From the NCBI RefSeq assembly GCF_988243305.1, contig NZ_OZ547136.1: 64,000 nt of DNA; one strand, 5' to 3'. Positions 21,135 to 34,141 of the stretch are shown here, one piece after another. How positions within the stretch are numbered: the first letter of the stretch is position 1; each line of letters begins with the position of its first letter. Below the pieces are notes generated by a model. The model saw only the letters and a program-made list of their open reading frames with translations, ran no database searches and had not been told where the DNA came from. Position numbers and translations under genes: made by a program.

Positions 21135-23786
21135 TTAGCCGGTATTACGCATACCTGCCGCAATCCCGGCAATAGTGACCATTAACGCCTGCTCGACGCG
21201 AGGATCCGGTTCCTGGCCTTCTTTTTCTGCCTGGCGGGAGCGGTGCAGCAACTCGGCCTGCAATACGTTCAGCGGGTCGGTGTAAATATTCCGTAGCTGA
21301 ATAGACTCTGCAATCCACGGCAGATCGGCCATCAGATGGGAATCGTTGGCAATCGCCAGCACCACTTTGATGTCTTCTTCTTGCAGGTTGCGTAACTCTT
21401 TACCTAACGGCCACAGTGCTTTGTCTACCAGGCGTTGGTCATAGTATTCCGCCAGCCACAGGTCTGCTTTGGCGAAGACCATCTCCAGCATGCCGAGACG
21501 CGTCGAGAAGAATGGCCAGTCGCGGCACATGGCTTCCAGCTCGCTCTGTTTGCCATCTTCGACCACTTTTTGCAGCGCTGTACCTGCACCCAGCCAGGCG
21601 GGGAGCATCAGGCGGTTTTGCGTCCAGGCGAAGATCCACGGAATGGCGCGCAGCGACTCGACGCCGCCAGTCGGGCGACGTTTCGCCGGACGTGAACCCA
21701 ACGGCAGTTTGCCCAGTTCCTGTTCCGGCGTAGCGGAGCGGAAGTAAGGCACAAAATCTTTGTTTTCACGCACGTAGCCACGGTAGAGATCGCAGGAGAT
21801 GACTGACAGTTCATCCATAATGCGACGCCAGCTCTCTTTCGGCTCAGGTGGTGGCAGCAGGTTAGCTTCCAGAATCGCCCCGGTGTACAGCGACAGGCTG
21901 CTGACGGTGATTTCTGGCAGACCATATTTAAAGCGGATCATCTCGCCCTGTTCAGTCACGCGCAGGCCACCTTTCAGGCTTCCTGGCGGTTGTGACAGCA
22001 GCGCCGCATGAGCAGGTGCGCCGCCGCGACCAATGGAACCGCCGCGACCGTGGAACAGAGTCAGTTCAATACCCGCTTTTTCGCAGGTTTTGATTAATGC
22101 ATCCTGTGCCTGATATTGCGCCCAGGAAGCCGCCATCACGCCCGCATCTTTTGCTGAGTCGGAATAGCCAATCATCACCATCTGTTTGCCCTGAATCAGG
22201 CCGCGATACCAGTCGATATTCAGCAGCTGGGTCATGACATCGTTGGCGTTGTTCAGGTCATCGAGAGTTTCAAACAGCGGAGCAACCGGCATCGCAAACC
22301 CGATACCCGCTTCTTTCAGCAGCAGGTGGACAGCCAGCACGTCGGACGGCGTTTTCGCCATCGAGATCACGTAGGCGGCAATGGAGCCTTGCGGCGCTTC
22401 GGCAATCACCTGGCAGGTATCGAGCACTTCGCGCGTTTCGGCGCTTGGTTGCCAGTTGCGCGGCAGAAGCGGACGTTTGGAATTCAGTTCGCGGATCAGG
22501 AACGCCTGTTTGTCGGCCTCTGACCAGCTTTCGTAGTCGCCGATACCGAGGTAGCGGGTCAGCTCGCCCAATGCTTCGGTATGGCGGGTGCTCTCCTGAC
22601 GGATATCAATACGGACCAGCGGTACGCCGAAACATTTCACGCGGCGCAGGGTGTCGAGCAGATCGCCGTTGGCGATAATACCCATGCCACATGCCTGAAG
22701 GGACTGGTAGCAAGCGTAGAGCGGTTCCCACAGTTCTTCGTTTTGTGTCAGCAGGCCTTCTGGTTTTGGCAGTTCTTCGCCTTTCAGGCGCGCTTCCAGC
22801 CATGCCTGTGTCGCCATCAGGCGAGAACGCAGGTTTTTCATCAGATAGCGATACGGCTCTGCGGCACCTTCTTCGCCAACCAGCGCCAGCAGTTCAGGGG
22901 TCGCTTCAACCATCGACAGTTCAGAAACCAGCACCTGAATATCTTTCAGGAACAGATCGGTGGCTTTCCAGCGGCTGAGCAGCAGGACGTGGCGGGTGAT
23001 ATCGGCAGTGACGTTCGGGTTGCCGTCGCGGTCACCGCCCATCCACGAGGTAAAACGGACCGGAACAAATTCAACGGGCAGTTTGTAGCCGAGATTCTCT
23101 TCCAGTTGTTCGTTCAGTTCGCGCAGGTAATTCGGTACGCCTTGCCACAGGCTGTTTTCTACTACGGCAAAGCCCCATTTGGCTTCATCTACCGGGCTTG
23201 GACGCAGCTTACGGATTTCATCGGTATGCCATGACTGGGCGATCAACTGGCGCAGGCGGCGCATCAGCTGGTTGTGTTCGTAGTCAGCGATATCTTTGTT
23301 ATCGAGCTGTTTTAAGCAGGCGTTCACTTCCACCATTTTGTGGATCAGTGTACGACGGGTAATTTCGGTTGGGTGAGCCGTGAGGACCAGTTCCAGCGAC
23401 AGCGATTCCACTGCTTTTTTGATGGTGTCTTCGCTCAGTTCCGGCTGGTTTTTCAGTTTACGCAGGGTGCGGGCGATCACTTCCGGGTTGCTGGCAGCTT
23501 CGCCTTTCGGCGAAATGCTGTGGTATTGCTCGGCGGTGTTGGCCAGGTTCAGGAACTGACTAAACGCACGCGCAACGGGCAGCAGCTCGTCGTTCGACAA
23601 ATTTTGTAAGGTGGTGAGCAACTCCTGGCGGTTAGCATCATTGCCAGCGCGTGAAGATTTCGACAACTTACGGATAGTTTCTACGCGTTCAAGAATGTGT
23701 TCTCCTAACGCATCCTTGATGGTTTCTCCCAGCACTTTGCCGAGCATACTGACATTACTACGCAATGCGGAATATTGTTCGTTCAT
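21135..23786 (-). CDS. ppc: Phosphoenolpyruvate carboxylase
   Basis: 883-aa [27 protein letters not shown]...; C-terminus ...MRNTG. Confidence 0.96.
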
Positions 23787-24113
23787 ATTACCCCAGACAC
23801 CCCATCTTATCGTTTGATAGCCCTGTATCCTTCACGTCGCATTGGCGCGAATATGCTCGGGCTTTGCTTTTCGTCGTCTTTTATAAAGCCACGTAAAAGC
23901 GGTGACGTCAAATGCTGCGAAATCGCTTCAGCAAACGAATAAATAGCAGGAATTTACGCCATTAAATTCACGACGCTTTAAATAAGCGTAACTTATGGGA
24001 ATGTTAAAAAATCGCCTCAATTAACACCAAAGAGTTATGAGTTGTAGTTACCATTTGGGCATCATTTGAGATTGCTGACAAACTCGCTTACGGGTCAGTA
24101 TGGGCACGGTTTT

Positions 24114-24150
24114 CCCCTCACCCTAACCCTCTCCCCGAAGGGGCGAGGGG
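24114..24150. repeat. Second copy of the 37-bp GC-rich module CCCTCACCC(TA)ACCCTCTCCCC-GAA-GGGGCGAGGGG
   Basis: Near-identical to 8570-8606 in the same orientation; lies in the ppc-argE intergenic region. Confidence 0.6.
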
Positions 24151-24197
24151 ACTGTCCGTGCGCTTGCATGGCTTTGTCATCAGCCTGATTTGCTTTT

Positions 24198-25349
24198 TTA
24201 ATGCCAGCAAAAATGGTGAATTACCTGGGTTATCAGTTCGCGGGTGGGCTTGATAAACCGTGTTTCCAGATATTCATCAGGTTGATGAGCCTGATTAATT
24301 GAGCCAGGGCCCAGAACCAGCGTCGGGCATAACGTTTGAATAAACGGCGCTTCGGTACAGTAATTCACCACTTCGGTCTTTGCTCCGAGCAATTTCTCAA
24401 CCACTTCAACCAGTTGATGATTCGGTGGGCATTCATAGCCAGGGATCGGCGGATGCAGCTCGTCGACCGTCAGACGACCCGGCCAGCGTTCGCTCACCGG
24501 AGCCAGCGCATCGTTGAGTAGGCCATTAAGTTCATTGAGTGTCATGCCCGGCAGCGGACGAATATCCATATGCAACTCACAGCAAGCACAAATACGGTTA
24601 GAAGCGTCGCCACCGTGAATATGCCCGAGGTTGAGCGTGGGGTATGGCACGGTAAACGCTTCGTAGTGATAACGTTCTTTCAGGTTATCGCGCAATTGCA
24701 AAATATGCCCGATGGCGTCGTGCATTAGTTCGATAGCGTTAACTCCGCGTGCTGGATCGCTGGAGTGCCCCGACTGGCCCTGAATACGGATGGCGTTAGA
24801 GATATGACCTTTATGTGCGCGTACCGGTTGTAGTGACGTCGGTTCGCCAATGATGGCGCAATCCGGGCGCAGGGCAGTAGTTTCGGCAAAATAACGCGCT
24901 CCGGCCATACTGGTTTCTTCATCGGCAGTCGCCAGAATGTAGAGCGGTTTTTTCAGTTTCGTGACGTCGACATCGCGTAGCGCATCAAGGATAAACGCAA
25001 AAAAGCCTTTCATGTCGGCGGTGCCTAAGCCGTAAAGCTTGCCGTCATGCTCCGTCAGTGTAAACGGATCGCGCGTCCAGCGTCCGTCATCAAATGGCAC
25101 CGTATCGGTATGCCCCGCCAGCAACAAGCCGCCAGCCCCCTGTCCGGTACTGGCCAGCATATTAAATTTGTTGCGAGTTCCTGGCACAGGCTGCACTTCC
25201 ACATTGAAGCCTAAATTTTTAAACCAGTCCGCCAGCAGAGTGATTAAATCTGCATTGCTTTGATCGAGTGCCTCTTCCGTGGCGCTTATTGAAGGTGTGG
25301 CAATCAGAGCACGGTAAATCTCGATAAATGGCGGTAATTTATTTTTCAT
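24198..25349 (-). CDS. argE: Acetylornithine deacetylase
   Basis: ORF 24198..25388; ATG at 25347-25349 gives 383 aa ([23 protein letters not shown]...); M20 peptidase family. Confidence 0.94.
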   Translation of the reverse strand: MKNKLPPFIEIYRALIATPSISATEEALDQSNADLITLLADWFKNLGFNVEVQPVPGTRNKFNMLASTGQGAGGLLLAGHTDTVPFDDGRWTRDPFTLTEHDGKLYGLGTADMKGFFAFILDALRDVDVTKLKKPLYILATADEETSMAGARYFAETTALRPDCAIIGEPTSLQPVRAHKGHISNAIRIQGQSGHSSDPARGVNAIELMHDAIGHILQLRDNLKERYHYEAFTVPYPTLNLGHIHGGDASNRICACCELHMDIRPLPGMTLNELNGLLNDALAPVSERWPGRLTVDELHPPIPGYECPPNHQLVEVVEKLLGAKTEVVNYCTEAPFIQTLCPTLVLGPGSINQAHQPDEYLETRFIKPTRELITQVIHHFCWH

Positions 25350-25376
25350 TGTTGACACACCTCTGGTCATGATAGT

Positions 25377-25414
25377 ATCAATATTCATGCAGTATTTGTG
25401 AATAAAAATACACT
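25377..25414. promoter_or_regulatory. ArgR operator (tandem ARG boxes) in the divergent argE / argCBH control region
   Basis: tgtgaataaaaatacact fits the ARG-box consensus TNTGAATWWWWATTCANW; the adjacent half-palindrome aatattcat...gcagtat is weaker. Confidence 0.5.
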
Positions 25415-25502
25415 AACGTTGAGCGTAATAAAACCCACCAGCCGTAAGGTGAATGTTTTACGTTTAACCTGGCAACCAGACATAAGAAGGTGAATAGCCC
25501 CG

Positions 25503-26507
25503 ATGTTGAATACGCTGATTGTGGGTGCCAGCGGCTACGCTGGCGCAGAGCTAGTGACCTATGTAAATCGCCATCCGCATATGAACATAACCGCTTTGAC
25601 TGTTTCAGCGCAAAGCAATGATGCGGGAAAGTTAATCTCCGATTTGCATCCGCAGCTAAAAGGCATCGTTGATCTGCCGTTGCAGCCGATGTCGGATATC
25701 AGCGAGTTTAGCCCAGGGGTGGACGTGGTGTTTCTCGCCACCGCCCATGAAGTTAGCCACGATTTAGCGCCGCAATTTCTTGAAGCCGGCTGCGTGGTGT
25801 TCGACCTTTCCGGCGCGTTTCGTGTTAACGACGCCACCTTCTATGAAAAATATTACGGCTTTACCCATCAGTATCCGGAACTGCTGGAACAGGCAGCCTA
25901 CGGTCTGGCGGAGTGGTGCGGTAATAAATTAAAAGAAGCGAACTTGATTGCCGTGCCAGGCTGTTATCCGACGGCGGCACAGCTGGCGCTGAAACCGTTG
26001 ATTGATGCCGATCTTCTTGACCTCAATCAGTGGCCGGTAATCAACGCCACCAGCGGCGTGAGCGGTGCAGGACGTAAGGCAGCGATTTCAAATAGTTTTT
26101 GTGAAGTGAGCCTGCAACCGTATGGCGTCTTTACTCATCGCCATCAACCAGAGATCGCCACACACCTCGGTGCTGACGTTATCTTCACCCCGCATCTGGG
26201 CAATTTCCCGCGCGGCATTCTCGAAACCATTACCTGCCGCCTGAAATCGGGTGTGACCCAGGCGCAAGTCGCGCAAGCGTTACAGCAGGCGTATGCCCAT
26301 AAACCGCTGGTGCGGCTGTATGACAAAGGCGTTCCGGCGCTGAAAAATGTCGTTGGGCTGCCATTTTGCGATATCGGGTTTGCCGTTCAGGGCGAGCATT
26401 TGATCATTGTGGCGACCGAAGACAACTTACTGAAAGGCGCGGCGGCACAAGCGGTACAGTGCGCCAATATTCGTTTCGGCTATGCGGAAACGCAGTCTCT
26501 TATTTAA
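25503..26507 (+). CDS. argC: N-acetyl-gamma-glutamyl-phosphate reductase
   Basis: 334-aa [21 protein letters not shown]... Confidence 0.95.
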   Translation: MLNTLIVGASGYAGAELVTYVNRHPHMNITALTVSAQSNDAGKLISDLHPQLKGIVDLPLQPMSDISEFSPGVDVVFLATAHEVSHDLAPQFLEAGCVVFDLSGAFRVNDATFYEKYYGFTHQYPELLEQAAYGLAEWCGNKLKEANLIAVPGCYPTAAQLALKPLIDADLLDLNQWPVINATSGVSGAGRKAAISNSFCEVSLQPYGVFTHRHQPEIATHLGADVIFTPHLGNFPRGILETITCRLKSGVTQAQVAQALQQAYAHKPLVRLYDKGVPALKNVVGLPFCDIGFAVQGEHLIIVATEDNLLKGAAAQAVQCANIRFGYAETQSLI

Positions 26508-26514
26508 GGGTGCA

Positions 26515-27291
26515 ATGATGAATCCATTAATTATCAAACTGGGCGGCGTACTGCTGGATAGTGAAGAGGCGCTGGAACGTCTGTTTAGCGCACTGGTGAA
26601 TTATCGTGAGTCACATCAGCGTCCGCTGGTGATTGTGCACGGCGGCGGTTGCGTGGTGGATGAGCTGATGAAAGGGCTGAATCTGCCGGTGAAAAAGAAA
26701 AACGGCCTGCGGGTGACGCCTGCTGATCAGATTGACATTATCACCGGAGCACTGGCGGGAACGGCAAATAAAACCCTGCTGGCATGGGCGAAGAAACATC
26801 AGATTGCGTCCGTAGGTTTGTTTCTCGGTGACGGCGACAGCGTCAAAGTGATCCAGCTTGATGAAGAGTTAGGCCATGTTGGACTGGCGCAGCCAGGTTC
26901 GCCTAAGCTTATCAATACATTGCTGGAAAACGGTTATCTGCCGGTGGTCAGCTCGATTGGCGTAACAGACGAAGGGCAACTGATGAACGTCAATGCCGAC
27001 CAGGCGGCGACGGCGCTGGCGGCAACGCTGGGCGCGGATCTGATTTTGCTCTCCGACGTCAGTGGCATTCTCGACGGCAAAGGGCAACGCATTGCCGAAA
27101 TGACCGCCGCGAAAGCAGAACAACTGATTGAGCAGGGCATTATTACTGACGGCATGATAGTGAAAGTGAACGCGGCGCTGGATGCTGCGCGCACGCTGGG
27201 CCGTCCGGTAGATATCGCCTCCTGGCGTCATGCGGAACAACTTCCGGCACTGTTTAACGGTATGCCGATGGGTACGCGGATTTTAGCTTAA
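26515..27291 (+). CDS. argB: Acetylglutamate kinase
   Basis: ORF 26482..27291; ATG at 26515 gives 258 aa ([15 protein letters not shown]...). Confidence 0.94.
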   Translation: MMNPLIIKLGGVLLDSEEALERLFSALVNYRESHQRPLVIVHGGGCVVDELMKGLNLPVKKKNGLRVTPADQIDIITGALAGTANKTLLAWAKKHQIASVGLFLGDGDSVKVIQLDEELGHVGLAQPGSPKLINTLLENGYLPVVSSIGVTDEGQLMNVNADQAATALAATLGADLILLSDVSGILDGKGQRIAEMTAAKAEQLIEQGIITDGMIVKVNAALDAARTLGRPVDIASWRHAEQLPALFNGMPMGTRILA

Positions 27292-27351
27292 GTTTTGTTA
27301 GCCGGAGGCGCAGCTTTCCGGCATTGAATTTCAAAATAAGGAAACAGAGTT

Positions 27352-28725
27352 ATGGCACTTTGGGGCGGGCGTTTTACCCAGGCAGCAGATCAACGGTTCA
27401 AACAATTCAACGACTCACTGCGTTTTGATTACCGTCTGGCGGAGCAGGATATTGTTGGCTCTGTGGCCTGGTCCAAAGCCCTGGTAACGGTCGGCGTGTT
27501 AACCGCAGAAGAGCAGGCGCAACTGGAAGAGGCACTGAACGTGCTGCTGGAAGATGTTCGCGCCAGGCCACAACAAATCCTTGAAAGCGACGCCGAAGAT
27601 ATCCATAGCTGGGTGGAAGGCAAACTGATCGACAAAGTGGGTCAGTTAGGCAAAAAACTGCACACCGGGCGTAGCCGTAATGATCAGGTAGCGACTGACC
27701 TGAAACTGTGGTGCAAAGATACCGTTAGCGAGTTGCTGACGGCTAACCGGCAGCTGCAATCGGCGCTGGTGGAAACCGCACAAAACAATCAGGACGCGGT
27801 GATGCCAGGTTACACTCACCTGCAACGCGCCCAGCCGGTGACGTTCGCGCACTGGTGCCTGGCCTATGTTGAGATGTTGGCGCGTGATGAAAGCCGCTTG
27901 CAGGATGCACTTAAGCGTCTGGATGTCAGCCCGCTAGGCTGTGGCGCGCTGGCGGGAACGGCCTATGAAATCGACCGTGAACAATTAGCAGGCTGGCTGG
28001 GATTTGCCTCAGCGACCCGTAACAGTCTCGACAGCGTTTCTGACCGTGACCACGTGCTGGAACTGCTGTCTGCTGCCGCTATCGGCATGGTGCATCTGTC
28101 GCGTTTTGCTGAAGATCTGATTTTCTTTAACACCGGCGAAGCGGGGTTTGTCGAGCTTTCTGACCGCGTGACTTCCGGTTCATCATTGATGCCGCAGAAG
28201 AAAAACCCGGATGCGCTGGAGCTGATTCGCGGTAAATGCGGTCGTGTGCAGGGCGCGTTAACCGGCATGATGATGACGCTGAAAGGTTTGCCGCTGGCTT
28301 ACAACAAAGATATGCAGGAAGACAAAGAAGGTCTGTTCGACGCGCTCGATACCTGGCTGGACTGCCTGCATATGGCGGCGCTGGTGCTGGACGGCATTCA
28401 GGTGAAACGTCCGCGTTGCCAGGAAGCGGCTCAGCAGGGGTACGCCAACGCCACTGAACTGGCGGATTACCTGGTGGCGAAAGGCGTACCGTTCCGCGAG
28501 GCGCACCATATTGTTGGTGAAGCGGTGGTGGAAGCCATTCGTCAGGGCAAACCGCTGGAAGAACTACCGCTCAGTGAGTTGCAGAAATTCAGTCAGGTGA
28601 TTGGCGAAGATGTCTATCCGATTTTGTCGCTACAATCGTGCCTCGACAAGCGTGCGGCAAAAGGCGGCGTCTCACCGCAGCAGGTGGCGCAGGCGATTGC
28701 TTTTGCGCAGGCTCGGTTGGGGTAA
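27352..28725 (+). CDS. argH: Argininosuccinate lyase
   Basis: 457-aa [29 protein letters not shown]... Confidence 0.96.
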   Translation: MALWGGRFTQAADQRFKQFNDSLRFDYRLAEQDIVGSVAWSKALVTVGVLTAEEQAQLEEALNVLLEDVRARPQQILESDAEDIHSWVEGKLIDKVGQLGKKLHTGRSRNDQVATDLKLWCKDTVSELLTANRQLQSALVETAQNNQDAVMPGYTHLQRAQPVTFAHWCLAYVEMLARDESRLQDALKRLDVSPLGCGALAGTAYEIDREQLAGWLGFASATRNSLDSVSDRDHVLELLSAAAIGMVHLSRFAEDLIFFNTGEAGFVELSDRVTSGSSLMPQKKNPDALELIRGKCGRVQGALTGMMMTLKGLPLAYNKDMQEDKEGLFDALDTWLDCLHMAALVLDGIQVKRPRCQEAAQQGYANATELADYLVAKGVPFREAHHIVGEAVVEAIRQGKPLEELPLSELQKFSQVIGEDVYPILSLQSCLDKRAAKGGVSPQQVAQAIAFAQARLG

Positions 28726-28780
28726 GAACATTTATATGTACAAATTTGAGCCTGGCTTATCGCCGGGCTTTTTTATGGCA

Positions 28781-28896
28781 AAAAAAAGCGGATCCTGGAG
28801 ATCCGCAAAAGTTCACGTTGGCTTTAGTTATTCGAGTTGAGAAACTCTCGAAACGGGCAGTGACTTCAAGGGTTAAAAGAGGTGCCGCTCCGTTTC
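28781..28896 (-). ncRNA. oxyS: OxyS small regulatory RNA
   Basis: Minus strand reads GAAACGGAGCGGCACCUCUUUUAACCCUUGAAGUCACUGCCCGUUUCGAGAGUUUCUCAACUCGAAUAACUAAAGCCAACGUGAACUUUUGCGGAUCUCCAGGAUCCGC plus a U tract, matching OxyS as recalled; divergent from oxyR. Confidence 0.85.
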
Positions 28897-28991
28897 TGTG
28901 AGCAATTATCAGTCAGAATGCTTGATAGGGATAATCGTTCGTTGCTATGCTACCTATCGCCGCGAACTATCGTGGCAATGGAGGATGGATA

Positions 28992-29909
28992 ATGAATATT
29001 CGTGATCTTGAGTACCTGGTGGCATTGGCCGAACACCGCCATTTTCGGCGTGCGGCAGATTCCTGCCACGTTAGCCAGCCGACGCTTAGCGGGCAAATTC
29101 GTAAGCTGGAAGATGAGTTGGGCGTGATGTTGCTGGAGCGGACCAGCCGTAAAGTGTTGTTCACCCAGGCGGGAATGCTGCTGGTGGATCAGGCGCGTAC
29201 CGTGCTGCGTGAGGTGAAAGTCCTTAAAGAGATGGCAAGCCAGCAGGGCGAGACGATGTCCGGACCGCTGCATATTGGTTTGATTCCCACGGTTGGACCG
29301 TACCTGCTACCGCATATTATCCCGATGCTGCACCAGACCTTTCCAAAGCTGGAAATGTATCTGCATGAAGCACAGACCCACCAGTTACTGGCGCAACTGG
29401 ACAGCGGCAAGCTCGATTGCGTGATCCTCGCGCTGGTGAAAGAGAGCGAAGCATTCATTGAAGTGCCGTTGTTTGATGAGCCAATGTTGCTGGCTATCTA
29501 TGAAGATCACCCGTGGGCGAACCGCGAATGCGTACCGATGGCCGATCTGGCAGGGGAAAAACTGCTGATGCTGGAAGACGGTCACTGTTTGCGCGATCAG
29601 GCAATGGGTTTCTGCTTTGAAGCCGGGGCGGATGAAGATACACACTTCCGCGCGACCAGCCTGGAGACGCTGCGCAACATGGTGGCGGCAGGTAGCGGGA
29701 TCACTTTACTGCCTGCACTGGCTGTGCCGCCGGAGCGCAAACGCGATGGGGTTGTTTATTTGCCGTGTATTAAGCCGGAACCTCGCCGCACTATTGGCCT
29801 GGTTTATCGTCCTGGCTCACCGCTGCGCAGCCGCTATGAGCAGCTGGCAGAGGCCATCCGCGCAAGAATGGATGGCCATTTCGATAAAGTGTTAAAACAG
29901 GCGGTTTAA
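28992..29909 (+). CDS. oxyR: LysR-family oxidative-stress regulator
   Basis: ORF 28947..29909; ATG at 28992 gives 305 aa ([33 protein letters not shown]...). Confidence 0.95.
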   Translation: MNIRDLEYLVALAEHRHFRRAADSCHVSQPTLSGQIRKLEDELGVMLLERTSRKVLFTQAGMLLVDQARTVLREVKVLKEMASQQGETMSGPLHIGLIPTVGPYLLPHIIPMLHQTFPKLEMYLHEAQTHQLLAQLDSGKLDCVILALVKESEAFIEVPLFDEPMLLAIYEDHPWANRECVPMADLAGEKLLMLEDGHCLRDQAMGFCFEAGADEDTHFRATSLETLRNMVAAGSGITLLPALAVPPERKRDGVVYLPCIKPEPRRTIGLVYRPGSPLRSRYEQLAEAIRARMDGHFDKVLKQAV

Positions 29910-31292
29910 GCCATTTAGCGCAGCTACCCGATAGGCTTCCGCCATCGTCGGGTAGTTAAAGGTGGTGTTGACGAAGTACTCAATAGTGTTGCCGCCACCT
30001 TTCTGTTCCATAATCGCCTGACCGATATGAATAATTTCGGCAGCGCGCTCGCCAAAGCAGTGAATGCCCAGAATCTCTTTCGTTTCCCGATGGAACAAAA
30101 TTTTCAGCGTGCCCACGTTCATGCCGACGATTTGTGCGCGTGCCAGATGTTTGAACTGGGCGCGGCCCACTTCATATGGCACTTTCATCGCGGTCAGCTG
30201 CTGTTCGGTTTTGCCCACAGAGCTGATTTCCGGGATGGTGTAAATGCCGGTAGGGATATCTTCAATCAGATGTGCGTTGGCTTCACCTTTCACCAGCGCC
30301 TGCGCGGCAATGCGCCCCTGGTCATAGGCTGCCGACGCCAGACTCGGATAACCAATCACGTCGCCCACCGCGTAAACGTGCGGCTGCGCGGTCTGATACA
30401 TGCTGTTGACCTTCAGCTGTCCACGACTGTCAGTTTCCAGCCCAATGTTCTGTAACGCCAGCGAATCGGTATTACCCGTGCGACCGTTGGCATAGAGCAG
30501 ACAGTCAGCTTTCAGTTTTTTGCCCGACTTCAGATGCATGATCACACCGTCGTCACAGCCTTCGATCTTCTCGTACTCTTCGTTGTGACGAATCACTACG
30601 CCACTGTTCCAGAAGTGATAGGAGAGAGAATCTGACATCTCTTGATCGAGAAATGCCAGCAGGCGATCGCGGGTATTGATCAGATCCACTTTTACATCCA
30701 TACCGCGGAAGATCGACGCATATTCACAGCCGATCACTCCAGCACCATAGATAAGTACATGGCGCGGTTCGTGGTGCATGCTAAGAATTGAGTCGCTGTC
30801 GTAAATGCGTGGATGGGTGAAATCAACATCTGTTGGATGATATGGACGAGAGCCGCAAGCAATAACAAATTTTTCAGCGGTTAGTGTCTCGACGCTGCCG
30901 TCCGGGCAATCCAGCGCCAGCGTGTGCTCGTCAACAAAGCGAGCGTTCCCCTGCAATATTTCACAGTGATTACGTTCGTAAAATCCCTGACGCATGCGCG
31001 TTTGTTGATTAATCACGTTATCGGCATGGTTAAGGATATCGGCAAAAGAAGAGCGGAGCAGTCGCGAATGGTCGCTGTATAGTGGGTTTTGATTAAATTC
31101 TATAATGCGGCTGACGGCGTGACGGAGAGCTTTCGACGGGATGGTACCCCAGTGGGTGCAACCGCCGCCAACATTTTGATAACGCTCGATAACTGCGACG
31201 CGCGCACCTTGCTTAACCAGGCCCATTGCAGCGCCTTCGCCGCCGGGGCCGGAACCTATTACTATGGCATCGTAATCGTAGGAATGTGGCAT
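29892..31292 (-). CDS. sthA: Soluble pyridine nucleotide transhydrogenase
   Basis: 466-aa [26 protein letters not shown]...; FAD/NAD-binding motifs; 18-bp convergent overlap with oxyR. Confidence 0.95.
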   Translation of the reverse strand: MPHSYDYDAIVIGSGPGGEGAAMGLVKQGARVAVIERYQNVGGGCTHWGTIPSKALRHAVSRIIEFNQNPLYSDHSRLLRSSFADILNHADNVINQQTRMRQGFYERNHCEILQGNARFVDEHTLALDCPDGSVETLTAEKFVIACGSRPYHPTDVDFTHPRIYDSDSILSMHHEPRHVLIYGAGVIGCEYASIFRGMDVKVDLINTRDRLLAFLDQEMSDSLSYHFWNSGVVIRHNEEYEKIEGCDDGVIMHLKSGKKLKADCLLYANGRTGNTDSLALQNIGLETDSRGQLKVNSMYQTAQPHVYAVGDVIGYPSLASAAYDQGRIAAQALVKGEANAHLIEDIPTGIYTIPEISSVGKTEQQLTAMKVPYEVGRAQFKHLARAQIVGMNVGTLKILFHRETKEILGIHCFGERAAEIIHIGQAIMEQKGGGNTIEYFVNTTFNYPTMAEAYRVAALNGLNRLF

Positions 31293-31569
31293 GGTAGGGC
31301 TTACCTGTTCTTATACATAAAAGCAACAGAATGGTAACATTTTATCGCGGGTAAGCCAATTGATCCCCGTCATTTATCTGGCTATATCGTGAGCGGCCTT
31401 TGCTTTGTCTGTTTCTTACTTTTGACCTGAACGTTTTATTGGATTTTTATCGACGATACTCTCCGTTTAAGCGGCAGGTTTCCGTTGTACGTAAAAGAAC
31501 CGGCCAAAGAATTGCAGTAAATATGTTTTATTGCGTTACCGTTCATTCACAACACTGGAGCAATCCAGT

Positions 31570-32274
31570 ATGTTCATTCTCTGGTATAGTGCCAGCAGTA
31601 CTTTTGGCAAGGATTCAGACATCGTGATGGGCGTAAGAGCGCAACAAAAAGAAAAAACCCGCCGTTCGCTGGTGGAAGCCGCATTTAGCCAATTAAGTGC
31701 TGAACGCAGCTTCGCCAGCCTGAGTTTGCGTGAAGTGGCGCGTGAAGCGGGCATTGCTCCCACCTCTTTTTATCGGCATTTCCGCGACGTAGACGAACTG
31801 GGTCTGACCATGGTTGATGAGAGCGGTTTAATGCTACGCCAACTCATGCGCCAGGCGCGTCAGCGTATCGCCAAAGGCGGGAGTGTGATCCGTACCTCGG
31901 TCTCCACATTTATGGAGTTCATCGGTAATAATCCTAACGCCTTCCGGTTATTATTGCGGGAACGCTCCGGCACCTCCGCTGCGTTTCGTGCCGCCGTTGC
32001 GCGTGAAATTCAGCACTTCATTGCGGAACTTGCGGACTATCTGGAACTCGAAAACCATATGCCGCGTGCGTTTACTGAAGCGCAAGCCGAAGCCATGGTG
32101 ACGATTGTCTTCAGTGCGGGGGCCGAGGCGTTGGACGTCGGCGTCGAACAACGTCGGCAATTAGAAGAGCGACTGGTACTGCAACTGCGAATGATTTCGA
32201 AAGGGGCTTATTACTGGTATCGCCGTGAACAAGAGAAAACCGCAATTATTCCGGGAAATGTGAAGGACGAGTAA
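31570..32274 (+). CDS. fabR: TetR-family repressor of unsaturated fatty-acid biosynthesis
   Basis: ORF 31531..32274 begins at TTG; ATG at 31570 gives 234 aa; a further in-frame ATG (MGVRAQQ...) would give 215 aa, so the start is ambiguous. Confidence 0.85.
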
Positions 32275-32633
32275 TGAAACAAGCAAATCAAGATAGAGGT
32301 ACGCTGCTGCTGGCGCTGGTGGCTGGCTTATCGATTAATGGTACTTTCGCAGCGCTGTTTAGCTCCATTGTGCCATTTTCTGTATTCCCGATTATTTCCC
32401 TGGTGCTGACGGTTTATTGCCTGCATCAACGTTATCTTAATCGCACCATGCCGGTAGGCTTGCCGGGTCTGGCTGCTGCCTGTTTTATTCTCGGCGTACT
32501 GCTGTACAGCACGGTAGTTCGTGCGGAGTATCCGGATATCGGCTCTAACTTCTTCCCGGCAGTACTCTCCGTCATTATGGTGTTCTGGATTGGCGCGAAG
32601 ATGCGTAACCGTAAGCAGGAAGTTGCTGAGTAA
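32274..32633 (+). CDS. yijD: DUF1422 inner membrane protein
   Basis: 119-aa hydrophobic ORF; start overlaps the fabR stop; synteny. Confidence 0.85.
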
Positions 32634-32672
32634 TCGGAATCATGCCGGATGCTGATGCATCCGGCATGGGTT

Positions 32673-33773
32673 TTACTTCGCGGTCAGTAATACGCCGCAC
32701 TCCATATGGTGCGTGTAGGGGAACTGATCAAACAGAGCCAGACGTTCAACCTTGTGCGTCTGGCTTAATGTTTCCAGATTCTTGCATAACGTTTCCGGAT
32801 TGCAGGAGATATACAGAATACGTGGATACGCCTGCACCATTTTCTCGGTTTCACCGTCCAGACCGCTGCGTGGTGGGTCGACAAAAATGGTTTCGCACTG
32901 ATAACTCTTTAAATCGATCCCTTGCAGGCGGTTAAACTCGCGTACGCCATTCATCGCCTGAGTAAATTCTTCTGCCGCCATACGAATAATTTGTACGTTA
33001 TCAATATGGTTAGCGGCAATGTTGTATTGCGCGGCAGCGACCGACGGCTTAGCGATTTCGGTGGCTAATACCCGATCAAAATTGCGCGCCAGTGCTAATG
33101 AAAAGTTACCGTTGCCGCAGTACAGCTCCAGTAAATCGCCTTTTGAGCCTTTGGTTACGTCCAGCGCCCATTCCAGCATCTGAATATTCATCGCCGCGTT
33201 CGGCTGGGTAAAGCTGTTTTCTACCTGACGGTAGATCATCTCTTTCCCTGCGACCGGCAGACGTTCATCGATGTAATCTTGATCCAGCTCGATTTTGGTT
33301 TTCGTTGCCCGACCAATCAGATGCACATTCAGATTCTGCGCTCGCAGTGCATCGCGCAGGGCTTCCGCTTCCTGACGCCACTCATCATCCAGCTTCTTAT
33401 GGTACAGCAGGGAAACCACCGCCTGATTACTCAGCGTGGTGAGGTAATCAATCTGGAACAACTTGTGGCGCAGAACGGGATTATTACGCACACCCGCAAT
33501 CATCGCCGTCATCAACTGGTTGATAAGTTCACTGGCGGCGGGGAAGCTATCCACGCGGATGCGGCTTTTGGTTTGTTGATCGAAAATGATGTGATACAGG
33601 TCATCGCCATCGTGCCAGATGCGGAACTCCGCACGCATCCGGTAATGACTGACCGGCGAGCGAAACACTTCCGGAACCAGGTCAGAAAACGGTGCCATCA
33701 TACTTTGCAAACGTACCACTTTTTCGGCTAACTGCGCTTCATACTGTTCTGTTGGAAGGTGTTCGGGGGTCAT
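32673..33773 (-). CDS. trmA: tRNA (uracil54-C5)-methyltransferase
   Basis: 366-aa [32 protein letters not shown]... Confidence 0.94.
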   Translation of the reverse strand: MTPEHLPTEQYEAQLAEKVVRLQSMMAPFSDLVPEVFRSPVSHYRMRAEFRIWHDGDDLYHIIFDQQTKSRIRVDSFPAASELINQLMTAMIAGVRNNPVLRHKLFQIDYLTTLSNQAVVSLLYHKKLDDEWRQEAEALRDALRAQNLNVHLIGRATKTKIELDQDYIDERLPVAGKEMIYRQVENSFTQPNAAMNIQMLEWALDVTKGSKGDLLELYCGNGNFSLALARNFDRVLATEIAKPSVAAAQYNIAANHIDNVQIIRMAAEEFTQAMNGVREFNRLQGIDLKSYQCETIFVDPPRSGLDGETEKMVQAYPRILYISCNPETLCKNLETLSQTHKVERLALFDQFPYTHHMECGVLLTAK

Positions 33774-33901
33774 GATGTATCCTGAAAAATTAAAGTACGC
33801 GGCGATTGTAGGGATTGCTCATCAGATGTCCAGATCTTGATGAATTCCTATTTGTGAGCTACGTCTGGACAGTAACTTGTTACAACCTGTAGCATCCACT
33901 T

Positions 33902-34141
33902 GCCGGTCCTGTGAGTTAATAGGGAATCCAGTGCGAATCTGGAGCTGACGCGCAGCGGTAAGGAAAGGTGCGATGATTGCGTTATGCGGACACTGCCATC
34001 TGGTGGGAAGTCATCATCTCTTAGTATCTTAGATACCCCTCCAAGCCCGAAGACCTGCCGGCTAACGTCGCATCTGGTTCTCATCATCGCGTAATATTGA
34101 TGAAACCTGCGGCATCCTTCTTCTATTGTGGATGCTTTACA
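33902..34141 (+). promoter_or_regulatory. btuB leader containing the adenosylcobalamin (B12) riboswitch
   Basis: Sequence GCCGGUCCUGUGAGUUAAUAGGGAAUCCAGUGCGAAUCUGGAGCUGACGCGCAGCGGUAAGGAAAGGUGCGAUGAUUGCG... matches the btuB leader as recalled and lies directly upstream of the btuB start. Confidence 0.8.

Noticed and set aside
22581-23234. 217-aa plus-strand ORF inside ppc, plus other 60-170-aa ORFs antisense to ptsA, pflD, eptC, trmA, argH and katG
   Set aside because: All are fully nested antisense to long, recognisable core genes and lack independent support.
31531-31569. Extended N-terminus for fabR from the ORF-track start at 31531
   Set aside because: That start is a TTG with no obvious RBS; the ATG at 31570 (or the further in-frame ATG giving MGVRAQQ...) is more plausible. 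The start remains ambiguous without experimental data.
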